Below, in pieces: positions 13,831 through 26,795 of a DNA stretch of 64,000 bases. Every line of letters begins with the position of its first letter. The stretch's first letter is position 1. The stretch is from Octopus bimaculoides (Eukaryota): assembly GCF_001194135.2 (NCBI RefSeq), contig NC_068984.1, forward strand, positions 127,445,737-127,509,736, in the 5' to 3' direction. The translations under genes and the position numbers were made by a program. The notes beneath the pieces are model-generated. The model saw only the letters and a list, made by a program, of their open reading frames with translations. It was not told the origin of the DNA and did not search any database.

Positions 13831-14751
13831 TTGTCTCAGAAGGCCTATGAAGGCCAAGGGCACAGCCCCTTTTCTCAGACCAATCCACTGAAAAAATAAA
13901 AAAACTAGGAACTTCATTTCTAAATAAAAGACAGTAACATTTTTCTTTATCTACTTAATAAACTGTTTAAATGTGTAAATATATGGTAAATAAGCATTCT
14001 ATAAAGTTAATAGTAAAAATAACCATTTTAATAATATATTTTAGAACTTTAGAATTTTCCAAGAATATCTAAAATTATGTAAAGAATCAGCATGACATTA
14101 TCTGTTTGGTGGTAGTAATAATAAACTAACAGATTGGTTGTAGCAGTAAGCACCTCTTACTTGCAAAGTCATTGTCATGTCCTGACTGAAGAAACTATCT
14201 TATGGAAGAAACAAGGTCCAAATGAAGTGACATTCAAGCTTGAGGAATATGTGTGTGACACAAATAAATCTGAAGACCCTGTTTCACTGATGCAATAACA
14301 AGTTGTCAGTGTTGTATAACATTGTTATAAGCAGGAAATATAAAATAAAGGATTGGTGGTTTCATTTCCCAGATGAATGATTCTTGAATTAAAATTTGAT
14401 CTTATTATTCTAAGATTCCTGGGATATTGTTTGTTTACAGCTGATAATGGATGCTTTCTTCAAACCATTTGTATTTCAAGTCTTATTTTTGAGATATTTT
14501 GTTCCATTGTGAAACCTTGCTTTCAAAGATCTATAAATAGAGAACTTATATTGTAAATTCCCAGATTGCTTTAAGGGAGATAGATTCTGTTACTGACTAA
14601 TTTCTTCTTGTGAATTCGATTGCAGCTTCCTTCTATTTCTTTCTCTCTATTCTACTTGCATGTTTGTGTGTGTGTACGTGTGTACATACATAAATACATA
14701 TATGCATACATTACACAAAAAACACATACATTATACATAGACAAACACACA

Positions 14752-14802
<51 letters not shown>

Positions 14803-16229
14803 ACATGTACACACTCATACATGGAATGTGCCATTTTTCCTATAACTGCTTTCAGTTTTATCTCCATTAACTACAATTTCATTGTAATTCAGTTGAAATA
14901 GAATCACTTTATTTACTCTGCTAGGAATCCATATTATGAAATGTAAGTGAATTAATATTATGTATTACAGAGAAAATATTACATATTACTGATTAGATAT
15001 TGCAGGATAGAGAGAAGATATTAAATGTTGCATGAAGATATCAAATATTACATATATGGGTTGGATTACATATCACACAACACATAGTATATATGACCAG
15101 AAATATACAAGCAAGTGGATGGATATTCTTTCATTCATTTAGCTGAGGTGGGACAGAGTTCATAGTTTTTTCAGGCCCCCACAGATTCATTGGAAGTAAA
15201 GAGCAGTGAAAAATATTGATATCTTTAATATTTGATGTAAACTGTTCCAGGTCGATAGTTAAAATTAAAACATCAGTATGGAAGGATTTCCTTAGAAAGA
15301 ATACTTAACTCTTTAGCATTCAAACCAACTATATCAGGCCCAAATATTCTTCTCATTTTATGTTTAAACTGGCCAGGTCTAGCCTCTCATATCTATCCTA
15401 CAATATCATTCTAAGAATAAACAACCACATCATCGAAAATCTTGAAGCTATGAGATAATGCAAGATTAATGCAAAACAATATAAATAGATAAACATTGCA
15501 TTTGACAGAGGAATCTGAATGCTAAAGGGTTAATATAGGATAGGATCAGTGGAGAGGTGAGATAATGAGGGTCACTAGAAAAGGATTATAAATACATTTG
15601 AATAGATATAGTTGAAATTTATATAGAATTATCAAACAAAAATGAGCAGTGACAGTGGTAGTCATCATAATAGAGACACTGACTGTGGTTAAAGAGTACT
15701 CTAAGGTGAACTCCCTTATTAACCATAGATCATTTTCTACATGCAGTTGATATACATACAGTGATACACACTTCTAGATCTATGAACAGTAACCTAGTGT
15801 AGAACATGAACCACAAAATAAGCCATTATTTATTCAGCCAAACAGCCAGAAATAGCACCCAAATCTCCCTCAAACCACAGTCTACTGCCTTAAAAAAAGG
15901 AACTACACATTAGAAAATGTAGACCTAAAGACATTAAGTTTTAAAAAAATGATCTAAGACATTGATAGTTGAGATGGGAATACTTTTGATCTGAACTGAC
16001 ATAGGAATAAACACCTTGAGACTCGTATATAAAGTCAGCAGTTGTTAAGGCTTGAGTATTTTCTAGCTCTGAAAAGGAAACTTGGCCTATAATGTGAGGT
16101 CATCATTGTGTTGTAAAAGATTGGTATCACAAATAATATTTTTTTTTTATGACAAACAAAAGTGATATATTACAGATTTTTTTCTTGTAACAACTAGTTT
16201 CTGCATTTTGATATTGAATGAAACAGACA

Positions 16230-16800
16230 CTTCAAGTCCTCCTTGCAAGATGTTGTTTCAAAGAGCAAGCATACCAAATTGAGGCTATACATAAATAGAG
16301 CTTGTATACATAAAAGTAAGGAACAACATAAATGTCATTCATATAATAGTGTCTCAAGTTAGAGGTTAGCTTGAGTAGATTTTTAGTAAAGGGAAGGGAG
16401 ATAGAACTGTTTGAAATATAGAAGAATGTGTAAGAGAATTCAGAAGAAGTAACAGAATGCAAGATTGCAATTATGGAGGGTTGACAGCTGAATGATCATA
16501 TGCATTCTCTGGGTAGTTCTTTCATAGAAGTTGCATGTCTGAATAATTCCTCCTGGATGTTAGATGCTATGCTTTTGTCTGAACAAATGCAACCAGTAAA
16601 GTATTTATCAATTGTTGGCTAAACAGATTTAGTGAGGGTGTAGAATGCGAAGAGACAAATCCAGGATGCTAGTTCTAAGTATACTCAGTCAGAGAATGAA
16701 CTGGAGCTGCAAATGAAAGAGTTTGGTAAAGAAATGTTCAGTTGCTGGACTAGTTATGTTGTGATTTGTGAAGTCATAAAGATTTTGCACATGCCTGAAA
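16230..16800 (-). mobile_element. Older copy of the same CR1/L2-like LINE 3' region
   Basis: The minus strand shows remnants of the same C-terminal motif region; heavily decayed. Confidence 0.45.
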
Positions 16801-17177
16801 TATTCCACATGAATGATATTCATGTAATCATAAACAATGATATATTCAGTAACCATTAATGCAGAATTTCAAAAAACTAATTCACTACAGGCAGTCCTTA
16901 TCACATGATATTAGAGACATTTACTAACAAACAGTTGGTTTACATTGTTTCAGTTGTCAGCTTCATTGAACTCTGGATTTGATCTCTATCCAAAGTTGTC
17001 TTAAGGTATGAGCACAGAGGTCCTACAGGATTAGAAGCCAATGCTTAATCTATGTATACTGTGGCCTGTAGTTTGCTTCCAAAAAATAAATGTCGAGTCC
17101 CCAGTGCATTGTTTGCACAAGGGTCCATAGGGTTGTTAAAACAGCCTTACTTCTACCCCCACTAAACCTTTTAATCT

Positions 17178-17203
17178 CTCTGTCTGTCTGTCTCTCTCTC
17201 TCA

Positions 17204-17286
<83 letters not shown>

Positions 17287-17310
17287 GTATGTATGTATGT
17301 ATATATATAT
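17178..17310. repeat. Compound (CT)n-(CA)n-(TA)n-(TATG)n microsatellite
   Basis: Direct sequence. Confidence 0.97.
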
Positions 17311-18314
17311 CACCCTGATTATGTCCCATAGCTAAGAAATAATAATACTGTCATTCTGCATCATTTGCTCTCACTAAAGGATATAAATTATAAACTATCA
17401 CATCCTTCATCACTTTAAAATCTTCTTCCCTTCTCAGTAGTCACCTCACCAGTATGGTTCCAACAGGGCTAGGTTCACTGGAGACTTTAGCTGATGCATT
17501 ACACATTAGTAGCTTCTTGCTCTTGAAATCTTGAAATTTGTGAAATTCATTTTGTTGCTTTTTTTAACATTAACAAATATTTCAACATTTTCTAGAATGA
17601 GAAATTTTTAGTAGAGTTATTTACTTATGATCTTTACCCTTCCAGATCAGAACTCCTTATCCAGATCACTTCATTACAGCACATGTTGCTTGGGCACTGT
17701 CCATTACATCATTGATTCCAGTATACCTTAGGGGTCACTTAACCCACTTTCATCTCTGCATTGCTTAATACAAAACACTTCTCATGCATTCAGACCTCAT
17801 TCTAGGCAAGAGAGACATTAAAAAAACTTTCTATAGTGATATTGTAACTTTGTACCCAAAAATGTACCCCCACATACACACACACACACTACAAATCACC
17901 TATTTCTCAATAAATATTAGCCTTTGCAACTGCAGATGACCTTTCATGGTGACCAAACATAACATCTATAACAGTTTAAATTGCATCTCAAACACTAGAT
18001 TTTCTTTTCACAATTCTCAAAAGGTATTTCATACCCTAACAGCTGTTTGCCGTATATAAGCACAAACTTCCATTCTATATCACATCTATGAAGGTGTTCC
18101 CAATGCATTTACTCATATTTCCGAAAATGGTCATCTATTTGACAAAGAAATTTTTAACTACCAACACACTATAGCTACATCCCACCACCCACTGCTTCTT
18201 TTATCACAAATGCAATGACTTCTACTCTATAAATTTGTTGATTGTATCTCACCTCCATGAAAATCTAGTTCTACTTACCCATGTCTTCTCTTTACTGTGT
18301 TAAACATTCTAGAC

Positions 18315-18568
18315 CAGGGGTTTTCAAACTTTTTGACTTGCAGACCCCTTTATATTTCAGGCTTTACCCTTATGAAATTTATACATAAATATTTGCTTAA
18401 AGTAACATATATTTTTACATTTATTTATTTAACAGTATTTAACAAATAGGTTTATTGTCAATTAAAAGATTTCGATTAAAAAACATATATAAAATCAAAT
18501 TGCCCATAAAAAGTATTTGCTGTCTACGGACCCCCTGTAGTCCGCAGGCCACAGTTTGAAAACCCCTG
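18315..18568. mobile_element. hAT (Buster/Charlie-type) MITE, 254 bp
   Basis: 16-bp perfect TIR CAGGGGTTTTCAAACT; perfect 8-bp TSD TTCTAGAC (18307-18314 / 18569-18576), matching the nTCTAGAn target. Confidence 0.92.
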
Positions 18569-19729
18569 TTCTAGACCATGATCTAGATATTTTGCTCAAT
18601 ACTTCTTTCTTGAAAGGTAATCTCACTTGAAATTCCTCTCTACTTGTGTTTTCTGTCCATAACCATTGATTGTCTAATGTATAAATAAAACTTTCATTAA
18701 CCTACATCCTAGTTACAAAGGGCCTGCAAAGACTATAGGTTCTTCAAATATAACTGTCCAGACAGACAGATGCTATAACCCATCAGTTTATATATTCTGT
18801 ATATATATATATTGTATACAACTGTGTACAGGGGAGATATAGAGATTCAGCTCTGGTCACTCAGATTGTAACATTATTTTTAATTCACTTCTTTACAATG
18901 GGTGTTGAAAACGTTTTCTGCTCACCACAGTCAGTGTGAATACATCACATTTGTCACCTTACAAGAGTATATCTGGTTTGTTAACCCATAATAGTACATC
19001 ATCTCAATAAGAGTACTTCAGGTCTCAGTCACTTTATAAGAGTACATCAAGCCAATGAGGGAGCCTTTATGTAGTCATGTAACCTGTGAGAAATTACATC
19101 CTGTTTCTTTAAAACCACACAAATTTCTTAAAAACAGACATATATGTCACATAACACAGTTGTAGATGAATAAGATAGGAATGCATAGATCTGCTGGATC
19201 AGATTTCAATCAATCTTATGAGAATAAATCAGAATAAGGGAAGCCTCTAGATAGTTATTCAACTAGTTAAAAATAGTAGATCATACCTTACCCTCTTTAA
19301 AAAAAAAAATGAAAGGAATATATTAGATAAAATAATTTTAGATACACCATTTGAAATAAAGATGGAAAGATCATGATTGGGTGCTTTTGAACATAAATCT
19401 CCCTGGTTCAGAGCCCACTTGGGACTAAACAACAACTATGATATCAAGTCCCAGTTACCATCATGCCTCAGTCTCCACTTCTCACTCTCTTACATTTCTA
19501 TACATATGACCTCCTACAACTGCCTCTTCTTTAATTTTCTACATCCAAAAACAAACATACCATAACTAGAACTACAGAAACTTATTAAACAAAACAGTTA
19601 TATTACAGAAAAAGACTGACCACAGACATTTTTTTTTTTGGTCTGGACATGGTAATAACTATACTGACCTCTAAAAGGTTATAATATTTTTTTTATAAGA
19701 CAAGTGAACATGAAATTGTCTTGTTATAT

Positions 19730-19920
19730 ATTGATCATAAACAGCTATAGTATCTACACTGACCAAAAATTGATCAAAACTTCTATCTAGGGCGACTAGA
19801 AATTGGCCATAACAACTTATAGTACTTAGAGAAACCAGAAAAAAATTAACCAATTTGTATTCCAAGTGATTAGAAGTTGACCATAAACAGCTGTAGTATT
19901 GAAACTGACCAGATATTTCT
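19730..19920. repeat. Degenerate minisatellite with alternating ~39-bp and ~33-bp units
   Basis: ATAAACAGCT.TAGTAT....ACTGACCA recurs at 19737 and 19883 with a diverged copy at 19809; the spacers end in TAGAA.TTG.CC. Confidence 0.7.
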
Positions 19921-20134
19921 TAATTTTTCAGACAAAGTTAACCAGTTCTATAGAAATACACTATGTCAGGCTGCGGCTGCATAATTGACAGTCATGATAG
20001 TTTTAAGTTATATGAAATATATACTCAGGATCAGCTAACAACCTTTCCATACTGTGATGTGACACAAAGAGCCAAATCAACAATTACTGCTGAGTGAAAA
20101 CTGTTATCTTCCACCCACATATATTTACAATAAT

Positions 20135-20281
20135 ATAATAAAAGAAAGAAAGAAAGAAAGAAAGAAAGACAGAAAGAAAGGAATAAAGAAAGAAAGAAAG
20201 AAAGAAAGAGAGAAAGAGAGAGAGAGAGAAAGAAAGAAAGAAAGAAAAAAAGAAAGAAACTGATAGACAGACAGACAGAAG
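20135..20281. repeat. Compound (AAAG)n/(AG)n/(AGAC)n microsatellite
   Basis: Direct sequence. Confidence 0.97.
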
Positions 20282-20720
20282 TAAAGCTAGCAATATTTGA
20301 CAGAGGTGAAATGTGTTCGGTGACGCAAGTACAAAACATCACTGAGACAGGATTCAATAGAAGTGTTGATTAAATGTAATTTTACAGTATATTTGAAAGA
20401 AGAATATTTTAGTGTTCACTATAACATCAATAACATTTTTATTTATTCTTTTTACACAACATAAGTGTATATAATGCAATCTGTTATCTGCATTTCTCTC
20501 TAGGTAAATATATTGTATGAAATTTATTGTTTTTCAAATCAAGATGTTATAAATTAACATAGGAATGGTCTGATCAATAGGTTAATGCAGTCAGGAAAGG
20601 TGAATAACCATTTCTTATGAAAGCTAGTAACATAGTTTCTCTGCCAAAATTGTAGAAAAAGCAATATATACAGTCCAATTCAAAATAGTATGAGACCAAC
20701 AGATATAAAAACAGGATAGC

Positions 20721-20761
<41 letters not shown>

Positions 20762-20775
20762 CGATAATAATAATG

Positions 20776-20990
20776 ATCTTTTCAATTATAGGCACATGGC
20801 CTGAAATTTGGGGGAGGGGGATAGTCAAATACATCAACCCCAGTACTCAACTGGTACTTAATTTATCGAGCCCAAAAGGATGAAATGTGAAGTCGACCTC
20901 GGCAGAATTAGAACTCAGAACGTAAAGACAGATGAAATATCGCTAAGCATTTCACCCGGCGTGCTAACAATTCTGCCAGTGCATTGCCTT
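20776..20990 (-). mobile_element. Family C SINE flanked by (AAT)n and (CCT)n/(AAT)n tracts
   Basis: Well-preserved family consensus including GTCGACCTCGGCAGAATT.GAACTCAGAACGTAAAGAC. Confidence 0.9.
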
Positions 20991-21179
20991 CCTCCTCCTC
21001 CTCCTCCTTCTACTACTATTATTAATAATAATAATGATAATGATGATGATGGACTCTCTCAATAAAGACAACATATGAATGTTCAGATTTTGCCAAAATG
21101 ACCTGCACAAATGATTTGTTTATTGTAATCAAATGTATAAGCTGTGCATTAGCTCACTCCCTCCATCAAATCAACGTTG

Positions 21180-21340
21180 CCTGAACTGGTGCACAGTGTA
21201 CCACATGTCAAGTGTCAAAGTCATCATAGAGCAACATGAGATGAAGTGTTTTGCTCAAGAACACAATGCATCACTTTGTCTAGGAATTAAAACCACGATC
21301 TCACAATTGTCAGAGCAACACCCTAACTACTAGGCCATCA
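21180..21340 (-). mobile_element. Family D SINE, 5' half
   Basis: ATGAAGTGTTTTGCTCAAGAACACAA is shared with the 41545-41795 copy. Confidence 0.75.
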
Positions 21341-23289
21341 AATCTTCTCAGTTTGACATTAGTAAACAAAAATGAAAATTATTTCAGAACTGTACTATTT
21401 TGAACACTTCAGATCTTTTTCTTGATGCTATATTACATTTAACAGTTATATAATGAATTTAATTCGTTATAAATATGTCTAAAATCAATTGTTTCTTCAT
21501 TTATCTCAGCAATGTCATGGACACTTGCTATTTTCTCCTGACAACCCTATAGGAAAAATACTTCTAGTCACTGAGAACGGTGAGATATTTCAGGTTATAT
21601 AAAAGGTAATTTCTTGTTTCCTTTCATTAGATATGTTGAAAATGAGAATAACAACATAATTACACCTTAATATTTAAGACCTAGTGTGTAACTATTTAAT
21701 CCCAGGTCTTCATTAATCACTATTAATCACCACAGCTAATATCTTTAAATGTCTAGATAAATTTTTCACTCTGTATCAATGCCTATACTAAGTCTATATG
21801 AGTGCATACATCTCTAAGAAATTATCTTTATTGATAAAATTAAAGCTGTTAACATAATTATTGCATATAGTCTGATATTTGCTACAAAAGGCTGGATATG
21901 CAATTTTTATTTTAAAATAATAATAAAACTTGCATATATCAATTAAACAGCTATAAAATACATTTAAATAAATATATCTCCAAACAAAATAAATACTGAA
22001 TAAATTTTATTAAGTCCTTTTTGGTTATTTTTATATTTTAATCTAACAAGAAAATGAATGGATTCATTTATCTTTTATTTGAATTACAAAACAACAAAAC
22101 TACTTTATCGCTAAAAAAAAATCTATTAAAAAGCATTTGATATAATCTTGTATTTGCTACCAATAGTATGCTGGTTCTGTAATTTCCATTTAAAAATTAC
22201 ACTTATATGGCATAATATCCTTGCTAACACTCACCCAAATCTTCACTACTAAGTTGAAGTAGTAAATACTTTGGACAGTGGCTTAACATCTTAACTAGTC
22301 AGCTATCAGAACTCAATATGAATTAAAATGCAATAAATCAAAAAAATTATTTAAATTAGCTTTAAATGGTTTCACACAAAGTAGTATTTATAATGTCAGA
22401 GTAAAAAATCTAGTCAATAACTGTTTACTTGTAGTGTTTCTAGTTTAGAAATTTTTTTATTAAGCCTATGGAATATACAATGCAAAAATTGTAATATTAG
22501 ACAAAAATGACCAACTTTGCAACCTAGACATTATTCCACTCTATCCTTAAAGTTATCAACAAATCATTACAAAAAATCTAATCTCCATCTGTTCCCCTTT
22601 TTGATCCAGTGCTCTTCCCCCTACTTCTGATGAATGGTAAAGCTACTAGGTAGAGAATTCTTCTTTATAAGATGAAACTATTTGCTCTTAAACTCCTCAC
22701 ACAGGCTGGTACATATTCAACAATCGGATAGTGATAGCTAACTAGTGTCATTTTTCACCTACACAAGTAGGTGATGTATCTAATATGACACATTACCAAG
22801 ATATCAATTCTAAGAACAAATGTTTCAACAAAAACCATTCTATCTGTACTAGCAAACTAAAAACTGAACGTAAACAAGTATAAAAAACAAAAGAGTATGT
22901 ACAAGTTAAATGAAAAACAAAATAAAGAGAAATGACTAGAAGCATAGACAGATATGTAACACAGAAAACACAAATAGATGTCTTTTAGCATCAACTTCAT
23001 ATTTCTTTACTGAATTCTAATTTCAGCAGTTTGTAAATATTCTGTTGGAGATGGCGAACAATATGTATTTGGTTGAATGTAAAATCACAATAGGTGAGAA
23101 AGCAAATGTTCAAAGTCAATAAACAGAAAACCTTCAATAAATAGGTTATCAATAGAAATAATAATGAAGTTTAATGGATGTTTCTGTAATAGAATTTTGA
23201 AAATGTTTACAATAACAAACCCTTCTAAAACAGCCAGTTCCAACTCCATTACTTCTTCAATAACCAGAAGTTATCAAAAGTAAAATGTT

Positions 23290-23619
23290 TTTGAAATGTG
23301 TTATATGTTGATTTTTACAAGAAATCAAAATGATTTTATGGTGTCTTGGGAAGGTCATTACACCAATAAACACATGCACTGATTCATATCACTATTGTTA
23401 GTTAGATATTTAACCAATTAACTAATTGATTGTTTGTTTAATGTGTAGGCGTAGAAGTGGCTGTGTGGTAAGTAGCTTGCTTACCAACCACATGGTTCCA
23501 GGTTCAGTCCCACTGCGTGGCACCTTGGGCAAGTGTCTTCTACTATAGCCTCAGGCCGACCAAAGCCTTGCGAGTGGATTTGGTAGACGGAAACTGAAAG
23601 AAGCCTGTCGTATATATGT

Positions 23620-23650
<31 letters not shown>

Positions 23651-23935
23651 CGTTTGTGTGTCTGTATTTGTTCCCCCCAACATCACTTGATAACTGGTGC
23701 TGATGTGTTTACCTCCCCGTAACGTAGCGGTTCGGCAAAAGAGACCAATAGAATAAGTACTAGGCTTCCAAAGAATAAGTCCTGGGGTCGATTTGCTCGA
23801 CTAAAGGCGGTGCTCCAGCATGGCCACAGTCAAATGACTGAAACAAGTAAAAGAGTGAAAGAGTAAAGAGTAGGTTAAACAGTCAAGTGGTTGTTAGTCA
23901 AAGTCTTTTCGTTGCTATTCGTGACCACACCAACG
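23290..23935 (-). mobile_element. Family G old repeat, split by a family B SINE
   Basis: The joined halves align with 25010-25250 and 30680-30910 (GGTCACGAATAGC.A.GAAA.GACTTTGA...CACATTAAACAAA...TCTTG.AAAAAT). Confidence 0.7.
23448..23870 (+). mobile_element. Family B SINE, full length
   Basis: A box TGGCTGTGTGG (23458), B box GGTTCAGTCCC (23501), CORE-like CACCTTGGGCAAGTGTCTT, internal (TA)n, (AAAGAGT)n tail; GTAGG on both sides. Confidence 0.92.
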
Positions 23936-23989
23936 ACATGTCCTCTCTCCTCAAAGTCTACCTTGAAAGTGCCTGAGAATTAATCTTAC

Positions 23990-24286
23990 GTCTGTGTGTA
24001 TGTATGCTTGTATGTGGGGCAGTTTACAAGAGAAGAGAAGGGTGAAAATAAACAAAGAGTATATGTGTGCATGCACATGTGTACGTGCATGTGTGTACAC
24101 TCATGTGCTTGCCTGTTTGTGTGTTTGTGAGTGTGTGTGCATTGGTCATCTGTGACCTCTTTGAGGGTACAGCCTTTTGTTCAAGGTCAGTTCAGTCTCA
24201 GATCTGTTGGGATTTGCTTGACAAGTTTATGGGTTAGTTCCTTATGTGGGAAGGAGGAAAGGTGAGGAGAGAACAGGGTGTGTGTG

Positions 24287-24325
<39 letters not shown>

Positions 24326-24900
24326 ATGCGCAAGAGTATGTATGATCTATTGTGTGCATTTGTGAGGTTGAGTCAGTTTTGTGAGTGAATGTATATGGTC
24401 ATATGCACGTGTGCAAATGTGTGAATGTTTACTTATGTGTATGTCTTCTAGTGTGTGTGCGCGTGTGTGTCTGTGTGTGAGTGCATGCAGTGTAGCTGGG
24501 TTTGTTTTTAATAAGCAAGCATCTTTGTGTAGGCCTGTGTGCATGCATTCTTATGTGTGTGTTCCAACAGGTATGTGTGTCTACACATGATGTGTTCTTG
24601 TGCATCTGTGCATGTTTATGTGTGTATGTGTGTACATGTGGTGTGTGTGTGCGTGGACATGTGTAGTGGTTGTGTGTTCTTGTGTTCTTAATTGTATGAG
24701 TTTATGTATGCATGTGTATGCACATGGCTGTGTATGGTTGCGTAAAAGGAAGGTTTGTAATTACATGTATTCATTTGTATGGATTTCCTTGCACCCTACT
24801 GTCATTCTAACCTATCCTATATAATATATATATACCTACCTACACCTGCACACACATGCCCTCCCACACACACACATGTATATATGTTGTGTGGATAGTG
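23990..24900. repeat. ~0.9-kb degenerate TG-rich low-complexity tract
   Basis: Direct sequence; source of the Cys/Val-rich and His/Thr-rich spurious ORFs. Confidence 0.9.
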
Positions 24901-25009
24901 GCAGTGCCATTGTGGTTCTACTATCTACTATGTATATTTTCTATTCAGTATTGGCAATGTCTCATTTATGAAAACAGATTCATGAATCTCTTGTAACAAC
25001 AGATATATT

Positions 25010-25250
25010 GATGAGGTCACGAATAGCGATGAAAGGACTTTGATAAACAAACAACTAAGAGATTGCTTAACCAACACATTAAACAAATGATCAATTAATT
25101 AGTTGGTTAGATATTTAACTGATTGACTAACAATAAAAAAGTGACATTGAACTTGTCTTTATTTTTTAATTATTGCTGTAATGACCCTCTCATGACGCAA
25201 CAAGTTTTTTTTAACACACAAATTCACATCAACAATCTTGCAAAAATGTA
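25010..25250 (+). mobile_element. Family G repeat
   Basis: Inverted relative to 23290-23935. Confidence 0.7.
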
Positions 25251-26795
25251 GTAAAATAATTTTAAATATATAACTATTCATTAGTTAGTCCTAGATAAGC
25301 CAGGTTTTAAAATATATAAGCATCATACTTGTAATTATCATATTTTACCACTTAACTACTCTGTGAAGATGTCACAAGAGCTGAGAAAAATAACAAGCTC
25401 ACTTAGTTGCAAAGTTTTCAGTTCAGACCTTACCATTGACATATTTTCTATCCTTGAGAAAGGGACAGATGAACCTTCTGATTCTGATCCTGCCAGTTGT
25501 TAGCAAAAGCAAACAATAGGAAGAATGATTTGATGGTGAAATGAAAATGTAGCAGGAAAATAACTACTTTGGAAATCTACATTTTTAAGATTAATATCTT
25601 GTCCACATGCAAGAATAGTTTACTGAGTCTTCAGGTCAGACAAAGAAAGAATAAAGAAATTAAGATTGACAAATTGAACCACTGAAATGCTGTATTGGTT
25701 GAATTAGCACTAATATCAAAACTAATACAATAATTTGCACATGCCAATGCTATAGCACTTAGTCCTCAGTATAATCAAAATTTAGCCACAGAAAATACTG
25801 GAAACCAATAAATCTTAAAATGCAACAAATTTTAAATAAGCCACTGTTAGCAACAGACTGTTTGTATTTTATCAAATTTCTGGAATTATCAAGCTTAAGT
25901 TATTTTAGCAAGGTATGTCATTGAAATATGTCAGATGAGGATAGAGTACGTCCATAAAATATACAATAATAGATTAGTGTAGTTTTGAATGGACACAAAT
26001 AATTAAATGATCGAAATAGATTTATTATATGCCACACATAATGGCAGCAATAACTAAATAATGCCATTAGGCTACTTTGAATCCTTCAAATCCATTATAA
26101 CATTTACTAAAGACTGTTAACAAAGTAAAAAGCACATTCAGTGGAATGTGAACACATAAAAGCTGTATAGACCATTAAAGTACATAACAAAAGGGCAACT
26201 GCTCACAGAATTTTAAAGAGCAAGAAATTCACCTACAAAATCAATTTCCAGTCTTAAATAGCACAATAAACAACTATCGGAAGAATCAGAACTGAATAAA
26301 CCCATAAATGTCATTAGCAGATTCAAACAAATTCCATAAGTTGACATTAAAACTCCATTTGAAGAAATGGCTAAATTACAAGAATGGAATTGGACTATCA
26401 CTGCCATTCAGAATTACATTACTTTTAGTCTTCTTCTTGGTGACAAAGGAAATCTTCAAGTAAGCATTACCAAAATGAATTCATTTAATGTACAGTTCAG
26501 TAATAAGTAATAGAACCACTAAAATCTGAATAAGAATTTGCTGTTAATCTACTGTCATCAAACAACTATCCAAAACTGCTAAACTTAAGAGTAATGTAGG
26601 CAATTTTTCACACACACAACTAATTACTAAGTATTTACTTCTTTTTTTTTTTTGTATCAGAATCTATGAAAAATAGTAGCATCATCGATAGATTTCAAAA
26701 GGACTAATTACTGGCTCACGTCATTTCTGAATGATAAAAGAGGAGTTATCAAACACAGTGTATCTCATCCAGTTTTTTTTTTTTAATATTCTGGA

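Noticed and set aside
13760-13887. Minus-strand exon-like segment with a strong acceptor and a GTGAGA donor
   Set aside because: Stops in all three frames, and it mostly overlaps the antisense of a CR1/L2-like 3' end
17350-18300. Very old minus-strand RTE-like remnants
   Set aside because: Only faint motif traces; boundaries cannot be set
19730-19920. CRISPR-like or LRR/zinc-finger interpretation of the periodic repeat
   Set aside because: No constant repeat with unique spacers, no cas genes, and no LRR or C2H2 consensus in any frame
23448-23520. tRNA-like A/B boxes here and at 41732-41786 and 63816
   Set aside because: These are SINE heads; no cloverleaf or acceptor stem supports a tRNA gene
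23027-26459. Further exon candidates (about 23027-23093 +, 25431-25486 -, 26341-26459 +)
   Set aside because: Conflicting strands, weak acceptors and unrecognised peptides
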